This document shows positions 45,595-55,194 of a stretch of 64,000 nucleotides of DNA, piece after piece (position 1 is the stretch's first letter; each line of letters opens with the position of its first letter). Under the pieces are notes generated by a model, which saw only the letters and a list, made by a program, of their open reading frames with translations, was not told the DNA's origin and did not search any database. Source of the stretch: Flavobacteriales bacterium (GTDB lineage Bacteria > Bacteroidota > Bacteroidia > UBA4408); assembly GCA_040374085.1 (NCBI GenBank), contig JBEIVB010000001.1:10074-74073 (forward strand). The letters are read 5' to 3'. The position numbers and the translations under genes are program-made.

Positions 45595-48500
45595 AGCAAT
45601 TTCCTGAATACAAATCACTGGACCTGGTAAAAATTGCCGAAGAGACCCTTCATTTTTGGAAAACCAATCGGATTTTTCAAGCCAGCATAGACAATCGCAA
45701 AGAAGCACAACCCTTTGTGTTTTACGAAGGACCACCCTCTGCGAATGGATTGCCGGGCATTCACCATGTGATGGCCCGAACCATAAAAGACATCTTCTGC
45801 CGCTACCAAACCCAACAAGGAAAGCAGGTGCAACGAAAAGCTGGCTGGGATACTCATGGATTGCCTGTTGAACTGGGCGTAGAAAAGGCATTGGGCATCA
45901 CCAAGGACGACATAGGGAAATCCATTTCCATTGCCGAATACAACGCGGCTTGCAAGAAAGATGTCATGAAATATACCGACATCTGGAACCGGCTCACCGA
46001 ACAAATGGGGTACTGGGTAGACATGGATCACCCATATGTAACCTACGACCGGAACTACATGGAGAGTGTATGGTGGTTATTGAAAAGGTTATATGAAAAA
46101 GAACTTTTATACAAGGGATACTCCATTCAACCCTACTCACCTGCAGCCGGAACCGGACTCTCCTCACATGAGTTGAATCAACCCGGATGCTACCGAATGG
46201 TTAAAGACCAATCAGCAGTGGTTATGTTTCGCTTGCAGGAGCAGAGTCAGGCAAAGCTTAGCCAATCCCTCGGGAGTTCCCTGCCTCATCCTACCTACAT
46301 TCTGGCTTGGACCACCACCCCATGGACGCTGCCCTCCAACACCGGCTTAGCGGTTGGCCCTTCCATTTCCTATGACCTGATTGAAACCCGGCATCCATTT
46401 TTTTATGAACCCATAATTCTGGTGGTTGCTACTGCCCTTACCGAGCGTTTTTTTTCGGCCAAGAATGCAGAATTGCCATGGGATTCATTCGAACCCGGAC
46501 AAAAGGCCATCCCTTTCAGAAAACTCGCTACTTTAAAGGGAGAGGAGCTTATTGGATTACGCTACGAACAACTTTTGCCCTATACTCAACCCAAAAATGG
46601 GGATCCCTTTCGAGTGGTTGGAGCCGATTTCGTAACCACCGAGGATGGCACAGGCATTGTTCACCTTGCCCCTAGTTTTGGCGCCGACGATTTCAGAGTT
46701 GGCCAGCTGCAAAACTTGGGAAGTCTTACCTTGGTTGATCGTCAAGGTAGGTTTACTGAAGAAATCGAGGACCCTGTATTTCCATTAAAAGGACGTTATG
46801 TAAAAGATGCCTACTTAACCGATGCAGAAAAAGCAACGGACTTTGAGATTCAAAAAAATCAGTTATCGGGGGTTATCCGTGATTTAAAACAGCACCTCAG
46901 CGCAGATGAACTTTTAGTTATAAAACTTCAGCAGGAAGGTAAGCTTTTCCGGAAGGAAAAATACGAGCACAGCTACCCGCATTGTTGGAGAACCGATAAG
47001 CCTGTTTTATACTATCCATTGGATTCTTGGTTTGTGCGCACCACTGCGGTAAAAGAGCGCATGGTGGAACTGAATAAAACGATACAATGGAAGCCCGAAT
47101 CAACGGGAACAGGGAGGTTCGGCAACTGGTTGGAAAACTTGGTTGACTGGAATCTTTCACGCTCTCGTTATTGGGGAATTCCGCTGCCCATTTGGCGCAC
47201 GGAAGATGGAAAAGAAGAACGCTGTATTGGTTCGGTTGAGGAATTGCGTCAGGCCTTGGCCGAAGCCCGCGCAGCCGGAATTTCTACTCCCGATGATGTT
47301 TCAGATTTACATCGACCGTTCGTTGACGATCTCGTTTTGGTTTCTCCTACTGGGAAACCCATGAAGCGTGAACTCGACCTGATTGATGTGTGGTTCGATA
47401 GCGGGGCTATGCCCTATGCTCAGTGGCATTATCCTTTTGAACATGCAGAAGAAGTTGAAAATGGAAATGTTTTTCCTGCGGACTTCATCGCAGAAGGAGT
47501 AGATCAAACACGAGGTTGGTTTTTCACCCTGCACGCCATTGCCACCATGGTTTTCGATCAAGTTGCATTCAAGCGTGTGGTTTCCAACGGATTGGTCCTA
47601 GACAAGTTTGGAAACAAAATGAGCAAGCGGCTGGGCAATGCTGTTGACCCCTTTGCAACGCTTGAGCGGTACGGACCGGATGCAACCCGCTGGTATATGA
47701 TTACCAACGCATCCCCGTGGGACAATTTGAAATTCGATGAGCAAGGCATCGTGGAGTCTCAGCGCGGATTCTTTGGCACGTTGCACAACACCTACGCTTT
47801 TTTTGCCCTGTATGCCAACATCGATGGGTTCACGCACAAAGAGGCCTCCATTGGAGTATATGAACGTCCGGAACTCGACCAATGGATACTCAGTGAACTC
47901 AACAGCCTCATCCTCCGGGTTACGGATGCATACAACCAATATGAGCCCACCCGTGCCGGGAGAGAGATGAATCATTTTGTGGATCATTACCTGAGCAATT
48001 GGTACGTGCGCCAATCCAGGCGAAGGTTTTGGAAAGGGGAATACACCTCTGATAAAGTTGCAGCATATCAAACGCTTTATACTTGTTTAACTGTCTTGGC
48101 CAAAATGATGGCGCCCATTGCCCCATTCTATGCTGAGCGCCTTTACGGGGACTTGAATCGGGTTTGCGGGTTGGAAGCGCCTGTTTCGGTGCACCTTACC
48201 GACTTTCCGATTACCGATACCCACCTTGTTCAACCCAATTTGGAGCGCAAAATGGAATTGGCGCAGAATGTGTGCTCATTGGTATTTTCCATCCGAAAAA
48301 AAGAAAACATACGGGTTCGTCAGCCTCTTAATGTGTTGCGCATCCCTATCATACATGGCACCTTCCAATCCGATCTTGAAGCCATGCGCGACATCATTTG
48401 TTCGGAAGTTAATGTGAAGCAACTCGACCTAGTTTCGCCCGATCAGGTTCAACTGGTAAAGAACTTAAAATTGAATTTCAGGACCCTTGGCAAGCGCTAT

Positions 48501-48986
48501 GGATCTGCCATGAAGGCAATTCAAAACTATGCACTTACCCACTCTGATCTCATTATTCAGGCACTGGAAACAGAGGGTGTTTTTCGTACGGTTTTGGAAA
48601 ACGAGGAGGTGGAAATACAACCTTCGGATGCCGAAATCCTTCCAGTTGATTTACCCGGGTGGAAGGTGGCCAACCATGGCTCTCTCACCGTTGCCTTGGA
48701 CGTTAGCATTTCAGACGATTTAAGGGCTGAGGGACTGGCCCGGGAGTTGGTCAACCGCATTCAAAAACTCAGGAAAGACAAAGGTTTTGCGGTAACTGAC
48801 CGCATCAAAGTGGGGATAGAAACAGCTCCATGGGTAAAAAAGGCCCTCGAAGCCAATTTGGATTATATTAGCGCAGAAATTTTGGCCGACCACCTTACTC
48901 TTGGTGTTCAGGAAAATCAAACTGAAAAATGTGTTGAAGTTGAACTGGAAGAGGGCCTAACTGCTCTCGTGTCGGTCGAAAAATAA
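45591..48986 (+). CDS. ileS: Isoleucyl-tRNA synthetase (type 2, long form)
   Basis: 1131 aa. HIGH-region PPSANGLPGIHH. KMSKS motif KMSKRLGN. Anticodon-binding and C-terminal extension. 4-nt overlap with ridA stop. Confidence 0.9.
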   Translation: MKQFPEYKSLDLVKIAEETLHFWKTNRIFQASIDNRKEAQPFVFYEGPPSANGLPGIHHVMARTIKDIFCRYQTQQGKQVQRKAGWDTHGLPVELGVEKALGITKDDIGKSISIAEYNAACKKDVMKYTDIWNRLTEQMGYWVDMDHPYVTYDRNYMESVWWLLKRLYEKELLYKGYSIQPYSPAAGTGLSSHELNQPGCYRMVKDQSAVVMFRLQEQSQAKLSQSLGSSLPHPTYILAWTTTPWTLPSNTGLAVGPSISYDLIETRHPFFYEPIILVVATALTERFFSAKNAELPWDSFEPGQKAIPFRKLATLKGEELIGLRYEQLLPYTQPKNGDPFRVVGADFVTTEDGTGIVHLAPSFGADDFRVGQLQNLGSLTLVDRQGRFTEEIEDPVFPLKGRYVKDAYLTDAEKATDFEIQKNQLSGVIRDLKQHLSADELLVIKLQQEGKLFRKEKYEHSYPHCWRTDKPVLYYPLDSWFVRTTAVKERMVELNKTIQWKPESTGTGRFGNWLENLVDWNLSRSRYWGIPLPIWRTEDGKEERCIGSVEELRQALAEARAAGISTPDDVSDLHRPFVDDLVLVSPTGKPMKRELDLIDVWFDSGAMPYAQWHYPFEHAEEVENGNVFPADFIAEGVDQTRGWFFTLHAIATMVFDQVAFKRVVSNGLVLDKFGNKMSKRLGNAVDPFATLERYGPDATRWYMITNASPWDNLKFDEQGIVESQRGFFGTLHNTYAFFALYANIDGFTHKEASIGVYERPELDQWILSELNSLILRVTDAYNQYEPTRAGREMNHFVDHYLSNWYVRQSRRRFWKGEYTSDKVAAYQTLYTCLTVLAKMMAPIAPFYAERLYGDLNRVCGLEAPVSVHLTDFPITDTHLVQPNLERKMELAQNVCSLVFSIRKKENIRVRQPLNVLRIPIIHGTFQSDLEAMRDIICSEVNVKQLDLVSPDQVQLVKNLKLNFRTLGKRYGSAMKAIQNYALTHSDLIIQALETEGVFRTVLENEEVEIQPSDAEILPVDLPGWKVANHGSLTVALDVSISDDLRAEGLARELVNRIQKLRKDKGFAVTDRIKVGIETAPWVKKALEANLDYISAEILADHLTLGVQENQTEKCVEVELEEGLTALVSVEK

Positions 48987-48998
48987 AAGAAAAGTGAT

Positions 48999-50456
48999 AT
49001 GGCAAAAAAAGCTGAAATTAAAAAGAAGCCGTTAAAAGCATCTGGAAAGAAAGATGTGAAAACCCCGGCTAAAAAAGCCGCTGCAGCACCTGCAAAAAAA
49101 GCAGCTCCGGCAAAGGGTAAACCCGCCACAAAGGCTGCTTCGGTAAAAGCGAAGGCAACCGTAAAAAAGTCAACTCCCTCAAAGGCCGTTGCTCCTCCAA
49201 AAACAAAAGCTGTGGCAAAAGCCCCTGCAGCAAAGGCAAAAGCTGTGGTAAAAGCCCCTGCAGCAAAGGCAAAAGCACTTGCCAAAGCGAAACCGGTAAC
49301 TGCAAAAACCACTCCGACCAAAGCAATTTCTGCAAAAGGCAAAGCCCCAGCGAAGTCTGCTCCGGCTAAAGGAACATCTTCTAAAGCCAAGAGTCCGCTG
49401 AAGGCTGCCCCACCGAAGACCGGCCCTTCTAAAGGAAAAGCCACCGTAAAGGCTGCTCCGAGCAAAACATCACCTTCCAAAGTAAAACCCAACGAGAAAA
49501 AAAGCGTCGCAAGTTCTGCAACTCCAAGCAGCAAAAGCCAAATTAAGGTAGCACCTGCTGTGGTAAAGCCCTCGAATAAAGTTTCAGCATCAAAAGAGAA
49601 TACAACTAAAAAACCTGCGTCTTTACCCACCAAGCCTGTTGCCAAAACGGGTTCTCAGGGCCAGAAGGCAGACAAAGCAGTTGGGTCCAAGAAACCGACA
49701 CCTGCTGCGGAGAAAGCTGCGCCAATCAAAGCTGCAAGCGCACCCAAACAACCTGCAAAACCCTCAAAAGGCGCCACCTCCGGAACTTCGGTCAAGCCCG
49801 GGAAAGAGGCCGCACCAGGTACTCCCAAAACAAAGAAAACCGATGCTGCAGATGGAGAAGAACCGGTGGTTTTAGAGAATCTAGCATTCTTGGAGGAAGT
49901 ATTGCCGCCTGAACCAAAAAAGCGAGGTAGAGAAAAATCGAAAAAATCAGGTGATGTGGTCATCAATCGAAATCCGGAAGTCATTCGGAAGGAAATTGAA
50001 GCCGCCAAGCAAATCAACTTTCATCTACCCAGCAATCTTCCACCGGCACCTCCGAAAGCAAAACCGAACCTGCAACCTCTTGAGCGGACCAAGTTCAGCG
50101 AAATAGAACTGAAAGAGTTCAGAGATCTCATCAACAAAAAGCTGGCTGAAGCTCGTAATGATTATGAGCTGTTAAAGGACACGCTATCGCACCGTGACAA
50201 CAATGGTACCGATGATACCTCGCCTACATTTAAGTTATTGGAAGATGGTTCGGAGGTTCTCTCAAAAGAAGAAACCACCCAATTGGCCATGAGGCAACAA
50301 AAGTTCATCCAGAGCTTAGAAAATGCCCTGCTCCGCATCGAGAATAAAACTTACGGAATCTGCAGGGCAACCGGCCAAATGATTTCTAAAGAAAGGCTAC
50401 GTTCGGTTCCACATGCTACCCTCAGTATCGAGGCCAAACGAATGCAACAAGATTAA
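48999..50456 (+). CDS. dksA: DksA/TraR-family regulator with ~360-aa Lys/Ala/Pro-rich histone-H1-like N-terminal extension
   Basis: C-terminal ~120 aa (FKLLEDGSEVLSKEETTQLAMRQQKFIQSLENALLRIENKTYGICRATGQMISKERLRSVPHATLSIEAK) is a typical Bacteroidota DksA/TraR. Residues 1-330 are KKAAPAKGKP/AKAKAVVKAP repeats. Single uninterrupted frame from ATG 48999. Confidence 0.7.
   Translation: MAKKAEIKKKPLKASGKKDVKTPAKKAAAAPAKKAAPAKGKPATKAASVKAKATVKKSTPSKAVAPPKTKAVAKAPAAKAKAVVKAPAAKAKALAKAKPVTAKTTPTKAISAKGKAPAKSAPAKGTSSKAKSPLKAAPPKTGPSKGKATVKAAPSKTSPSKVKPNEKKSVASSATPSSKSQIKVAPAVVKPSNKVSASKENTTKKPASLPTKPVAKTGSQGQKADKAVGSKKPTPAAEKAAPIKAASAPKQPAKPSKGATSGTSVKPGKEAAPGTPKTKKTDAADGEEPVVLENLAFLEEVLPPEPKKRGREKSKKSGDVVINRNPEVIRKEIEAAKQINFHLPSNLPPAPPKAKPNLQPLERTKFSEIELKEFRDLINKKLAEARNDYELLKDTLSHRDNNGTDDTSPTFKLLEDGSEVLSKEETTQLAMRQQKFIQSLENALLRIENKTYGICRATGQMISKERLRSVPHATLSIEAKRMQQD
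49207..49286 (+). repeat. Tandem 33-nt coding repeat (gcccctgcagcaaaggcaaaagc...) encoding APAAKAKAVVK/APAAKAKALAK
   Basis: Two adjacent near-identical 33-nt units, at 49221-49253 and 49254-49286, within the KAP-rich region. A related partial copy lies just upstream. Confidence 0.6.
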
Positions 50457-50510
50457 CCATTGTTCCACATCAACCCTTAAAGCGATTAAGCAATTAATCG
50501 CTTTTTTTTT

Positions 50511-51146
50511 ATGAAAAGAAACATCCTCATCATTGTGATCTTGCTGTGTGTCGATCAGGCGCTTAAGCTCTACATAAAAACACATTTTATGTTAGGAGAA
50601 CAAACTGCCGTTTTCGGCAATTGGTTCTACTTGCATTTCACTGAGAACAACGGAATGGCCTTCGGCATGGAACTGGAGGGAACCGCAGGCAAGCTCCTCC
50701 TCTCCACCTTCCGCATCCTGGCCATTGTTGGTCTCGGCTATTACCTCTACCACTTGGTTCAAAAGAATGCAAGCCGCCTTCACCAAACATCAGTTGCGTT
50801 GGTATTTGCCGGAGCTCTGGGCAACATCCTCGACAGCACTTTTTATGGCTGGATGTTTTCCGACAGTTATGGGAAAGTGGCGCAACTGTTTCCAGAACAA
50901 GGATACGCCCCCATGCTGTTTGGAAAAGTGGTAGACATGCTCTATTTCCCTATGTGGCAAGGGGTTTTCCCAAGTTGGTTTCCCATTTGGGGTGGAGAAC
51001 CTTTTGAGTTTTTTCGACCGGTTTTCAACATTGCAGACACCTGCATCTCCACCGGAGTAGGCCTAATGGTGGTGTTTCAAAACCGGTTTTTCGGCGAAAC
51101 AAAAACCACAGATCCTACTTCAAAAGAAACCAACAAAATTCAATAA
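50511..51146 (+). CDS. lspA: Lipoprotein signal peptidase (signal peptidase II)
   Basis: 211 aa, four TM segments. Conserved NNGMAFGM and FNIADTCI(S) motifs of LspA. Conserved position after dksA. Confidence 0.85.
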   Translation: MKRNILIIVILLCVDQALKLYIKTHFMLGEQTAVFGNWFYLHFTENNGMAFGMELEGTAGKLLLSTFRILAIVGLGYYLYHLVQKNASRLHQTSVALVFAGALGNILDSTFYGWMFSDSYGKVAQLFPEQGYAPMLFGKVVDMLYFPMWQGVFPSWFPIWGGEPFEFFRPVFNIADTCISTGVGLMVVFQNRFFGETKTTDPTSKETNKIQ

Positions 51147-51154
51147 GTCAAAAC

Positions 51155-53248
51155 TTATTGAACCATAACCTTACGAACAACGGATCCGGTTGGAGTATAC
51201 AACCGAACAAAATACATGCCGGGCACCAAACCTTCTCCAAGATGATTTAAGGTGTGTCGGCCGGGAGACAAGCGGCCCAAATCGCGATGTTCAACTTGTT
51301 CACCCAATGCATTCAATACGCTCAAATTGGCCTGATGAGATTCTTCAAGCGAAAAAGTAAAATCAAACGCGTCCTGAGCAGGATTTGGAAATGCCAATGC
51401 ATCTGAAACACCACTCAACGTTTCCCAACCGGTTGTGGCACTGCTGATGTTTATATCATCCAAATAAAGGTTGTTTCCATCCCCGGAGGTAAATACAAAC
51501 TTGAGGCGGAAATTCGCAGAGGTATTTGGGGTTAGGTTGATGCTGCGCGAGGCCCAAGCGGTTGCACTGGGCGTAAAAGCACTATTAACAGCGGTTGTGG
51601 TTGCCAATGTGGTTCCGGTAGCAGTGGAGCGAATGGCCCAAGTCCGTCCGCAATTCTGAGATACTAAAACCTGAAGACGATTGGATGAAGCAAGGCTCGT
51701 TGTCTTTTGTGCATAGGCAACCTTGTAGGTTAGGGTAGGCACCGAAATGGTGGTCAAATCAATGGTGGGGCCGATAAGCTCATCAACCTGCAAATCAGAA
51801 CTGTTGAAGTTATCCATTTTAATACAAGCACTTCCACTGGCCGAGGCGTTGGTTACCCGCGAAAAGGTAGCGGTGCCTGATACGTTATTGAATACGGTCC
51901 AGTCGTTGGTAAACTGCGTTGCATTTTCAAATCCCTCCTGATAAACCGGGCCTGAATATTCTGCCGCTAAGGGCATTACAACAACCAAGGCGTTTCGGGT
52001 GATGGTGTTGTTCCCAGCAGCATTGCTGGCAGTAAGAGAAACATTATAGGTGCCAGGGGTAGAATAGGTTACCACCGGAGAGGCCGCCAAAGAGGTGGCA
52101 GGACTGCCTCCTTGAAAACTCCAACTGTAAGCGGTTGCATCACCTCCAAAACATGCTTGGGTAAAGGTTACGGTGCCTCCTGCACACAAATAGGTTGGTA
52201 GGTTGGGGGTAAAATCGGCGCGAGGAGAACAGGTGGTTGGAGGGGTTCCATCGGTACCAGTGGCAACTAGGTTGGCAGATGACCATAATGTACTCCTTCC
52301 ACTTACACTGCTGTTCAAAGCAGCATTCATGCGTGTTGCTTGACCGGCTGAAAAAACGTTCTGACAGTTGCCGGTGGTGTAATCCATGTAGTTGGTAAAC
52401 ATCTCTCCGTTGGGTCCATTGTTGCAGGAAATTTTGGGAAATGTTGGACAATTGCTCTGGTTTGCAGCTTGTTGAGTTGGAGTATCGGATACGTTGTCGT
52501 TGCCACAGGTAGCATCACCCCAAATGTGTCTGAGATTGAGCCAGTGTCCAACTTCATGAGTTGCCGTCCTACCTGCATTGGAGGCATTTGAAGTTCCGAT
52601 TACACCTACAAAATCGCCACGCAACACAATTCCATCGGTGGCAGAATTGCCTCCGGGAAATTGAGCAAATCCTATAACATAACCTGTACCACCCGTTGAG
52701 CTTTCTATGCTCTTTACTACCCAAATGTTTAAGTACTTGCTGGAGGGCCAGTAAATCAAACTTTTTACATTGTCACGGGCATTGTTGGTGAGGGGTGAAT
52801 ACAATCGGTTGATTCCATCTGTGCAATTGCCATTTGGATCTTTCTGCGCCAATCGAAACTCAATGTTGGCATCTGCTGCTATAGGTCTAAATGCTGCTGG
52901 AGTATTTCCGGTGTCGGCATTCAGCCTCCGAAAATCTTTGTTCAGAATTTCCAATTGGTTCAAGCATTGCTGACGCGAAATGTTCTCCGTGCCATACTCA
53001 TGGATGATGTGGAACACTACCGGAATAATTTTGGGAACGCTAGATGAACTGCGCCCTTGCTGAAGCGATGCCGCTTGCGTTTCCATTTCCAGCGCTTGCT
53101 GGTTTGCCCTAAACTGAGGATCGCGCTCCAACATCTCCTGATATATGGTATGCGCAATACAAGGTTCCGTTTGTTGAGCATACGAAACCTGGAGGAAAAT
53201 CAAAACAAAAGAAACCGTAAGAAGTAACTTGGAGGTTGTGTTGGACAT
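51155..53248 (-). CDS. Secreted M43-family (pappalysin/cytophagalysin-like) zinc metalloprotease with T9SS C-terminal sorting domain
   Basis: Signal peptide. Zinc site HEVGHWLNLRHIWGD (HExxHxxGxxH-type). Middle Ig/PKD-like beta-rich regions. C-terminal ~80 aa ending ...GMYFVRLYTPTGSVVRKVMVQ, typical of a T9SS type-A CTD. Confidence 0.7.
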   Translation of the reverse strand: MSNTTSKLLLTVSFVLIFLQVSYAQQTEPCIAHTIYQEMLERDPQFRANQQALEMETQAASLQQGRSSSSVPKIIPVVFHIIHEYGTENISRQQCLNQLEILNKDFRRLNADTGNTPAAFRPIAADANIEFRLAQKDPNGNCTDGINRLYSPLTNNARDNVKSLIYWPSSKYLNIWVVKSIESSTGGTGYVIGFAQFPGGNSATDGIVLRGDFVGVIGTSNASNAGRTATHEVGHWLNLRHIWGDATCGNDNVSDTPTQQAANQSNCPTFPKISCNNGPNGEMFTNYMDYTTGNCQNVFSAGQATRMNAALNSSVSGRSTLWSSANLVATGTDGTPPTTCSPRADFTPNLPTYLCAGGTVTFTQACFGGDATAYSWSFQGGSPATSLAASPVVTYSTPGTYNVSLTASNAAGNNTITRNALVVVMPLAAEYSGPVYQEGFENATQFTNDWTVFNNVSGTATFSRVTNASASGSACIKMDNFNSSDLQVDELIGPTIDLTTISVPTLTYKVAYAQKTTSLASSNRLQVLVSQNCGRTWAIRSTATGTTLATTTAVNSAFTPSATAWASRSINLTPNTSANFRLKFVFTSGDGNNLYLDDINISSATTGWETLSGVSDALAFPNPAQDAFDFTFSLEESHQANLSVLNALGEQVEHRDLGRLSPGRHTLNHLGEGLVPGMYFVRLYTPTGSVVRKVMVQ

Positions 53249-53299
53249 GCGAAAAGGTTTGAATAACTAAATCGAGGTACGAAACTCAGAGTATAACCG

Positions 53300-54451
53300 T
53301 TAGACAACGATTTTGTTTAAGGCTTGAGACAAGTCATCAATAAGGTCTTCGGGATCTTCAACGCCAACCGAGAGACGCAAAAGAGAGTCCACAACACCAG
53401 CACGCTCACGCTCTGCCTTAGGAATAGAGGCATGGGTCATGGAGGCCGGATGTCCGATTAAACTTTCAACCCCACCCAGAGATTCTGCCAAGGAAAAAAC
53501 GGTGCAAGATGAGGCCAAATGAAATGCATCTTCGAGTTTGTTGCCTTTCAGTGAAAATGAGATCATGCCTCCAAATCCGCGCATCTGTTTTTTGGCAATT
53601 TCATGGTTTGGATGGTCTTCAAAACCAGGCCAGTACACACGATCTACTTTAGAATGCTGCCGAAGAAAATGAGCAACAGCAGCTCCGTTGCTGCAATGAC
53701 GCTCCATGCGCAGATGAAGAGTTTTAACGCCTCTTAGCACCAAGAAACTATCCATAGGCCCAGGCGTTGGTCCGCAGGAATTGGTTAGAAACGCCAATTG
53801 CTCATACCAAGCATCGTCGTTGAGGCAAAGGGCCCCCATCACCAAATCGGAATGTCCACCAAGGTATTTGGTTGCAGAATGCATCACCAAATCAGCACCC
53901 AAATCCAAAGGTGTCTGAAGGTAGGGCGAAGCAAAGGTATTATCAACGCAAAGTTTTAACCCCTTGGCTTTTGAAATAGCAGCCAATGCCGCTATGTCGA
54001 TGATTTTTAAGGTTGGATTGGTAGGCGTTTCAGCCCAAATCAATCGAGTATTCTCGTTGAGGAAGGGTTCCACCGATCCCGCTTCCTGAAGCGGCACAAA
54101 GTGAAACTTGATGCCCATCGGTTCATACACTTTGGTGAAAAGACGGTAGGTGCCACCGTACAAATCATCTCCCGCAATTACCTCATCGCCGGGCCGCAGG
54201 GTTTTCATAACGGTATCGATCGCTCCCATGCCGCTGGAAAAACACAATGCATGACGCGCATTTTCAAGCGCTGCAAGATTTTGTTCCAAGGCAACACGGG
54301 TTGGATTTTTTCCCCGAGCGTATGCATATCCTTTATGACTTCCGGGCGAAGCCTGGACATAGGTTGAGGTTTGAAAAATGGGCGTCATAATGGCCCCCGT
54401 GGTTGGATCGGGCTCCTGCCCGGCATGAATGGCTTTGGTTCCGAAACGCAT
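53300..54451 (-). CDS. PLP-dependent Cys/Met-metabolism enzyme (cystathionine beta-lyase / gamma-synthase / methionine gamma-lyase family)
   Basis: 383 aa. PLP-lysine motif HSATKYLGGHSD. Family-wide conserved N-terminal GAIMTPIFQTSTY. Confidence 0.8.
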   Translation of the reverse strand: MRFGTKAIHAGQEPDPTTGAIMTPIFQTSTYVQASPGSHKGYAYARGKNPTRVALEQNLAALENARHALCFSSGMGAIDTVMKTLRPGDEVIAGDDLYGGTYRLFTKVYEPMGIKFHFVPLQEAGSVEPFLNENTRLIWAETPTNPTLKIIDIAALAAISKAKGLKLCVDNTFASPYLQTPLDLGADLVMHSATKYLGGHSDLVMGALCLNDDAWYEQLAFLTNSCGPTPGPMDSFLVLRGVKTLHLRMERHCSNGAAVAHFLRQHSKVDRVYWPGFEDHPNHEIAKKQMRGFGGMISFSLKGNKLEDAFHLASSCTVFSLAESLGGVESLIGHPASMTHASIPKAERERAGVVDSLLRLSVGVEDPEDLIDDLSQALNKIVV

Positions 54452-54452
54452 A

Positions 54453-55109
54453 TCAAAGTTTGGTTTTTTCGTGATCAGCTAAAAACGTGGCCAATCCAGA
54501 ATCGGTTAAGGGATGCTTCAACAATCCGGTAATCACATTGAGTGGACAGGTGGCCACATCGGCACCTGCCTCAGCGCATTGTATAAGATGCATAGTATGA
54601 CGAATGCTTGCAGCCAACACCTGGGTCTCGAATCCGAAAGTGGTATATATGTCAACGATCTGGTGAATGAGCTCAACCCCATCGTAAGAAATATCATCCA
54701 AACGCCCTACAAAAGGAGAAACATAGGTGGCTCCCGCCTTAGCGGCAAGCAGTGCCTGTCCAGCAGAAAAAACAAGGGTACAGTTTGTCTTTATTCCTTT
54801 TGAAGAAAAATAACGAATGGCTTTTATTCCATCGCGAATCATCGGAATTTTAACCACAATGCGTGGATGAAGAGAGGCTAGATTTTCACCTTCCCGAACC
54901 ATGCCGGCAAAATCGGTAGCAATTACTTCTGCACTAACGTCACCATCTACCAATTCGCAGATGTCAACATAATGCTTCAGCATGTTGTTGGTGCCTTTGA
55001 TGCCTTCCTTGGCCATAAGAGAGGGGTTGGTGGTAACCCCGTCCAAAACACCCAGTTCTTGGGCCTCTTTTATCTGAGCCAGATTGGCGGTATCGATGAA
55101 GAATTTCAT
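54453..55109 (-). CDS. Transaldolase-like / fructose-6-phosphate aldolase (Tal/FSA subfamily 3B)
   Basis: 218 aa. Starts [10 protein letters not shown]...GVTTNPSL. Schiff-base lysine region in IVVKIPM. Confidence 0.8.
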   Translation of the reverse strand: MKFFIDTANLAQIKEAQELGVLDGVTTNPSLMAKEGIKGTNNMLKHYVDICELVDGDVSAEVIATDFAGMVREGENLASLHPRIVVKIPMIRDGIKAIRYFSSKGIKTNCTLVFSAGQALLAAKAGATYVSPFVGRLDDISYDGVELIHQIVDIYTTFGFETQVLAASIRHTMHLIQCAEAGADVATCPLNVITGLLKHPLTDSGLATFLADHEKTKL

Positions 55110-55194
55110 AGTGTGAAGTTGAGTGGCCGAAATAAGACAAAAAAGCCGAATCCTATGTAGGATCCGGCTATGATTTAGTAGACTTGATTTGTTG

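Noticed and set aside
49207-49286. Regular 33-nt direct repeats that could superficially resemble a CRISPR-like array
   Set aside because: Only two or three units, no spacers, in-frame coding for an AKP repeat. No cas genes anywhere in the window.
48917-49645. 242-aa minus-strand ORF rich in Ala/Gly/Phe antisense to the dksA N-terminal repeat region
   Set aside because: Artefact of the low-complexity KAP-repeat coding sequence on the + strand. The + strand frame is continuous with a bona fide DksA domain and has a proper ATG and genomic context.
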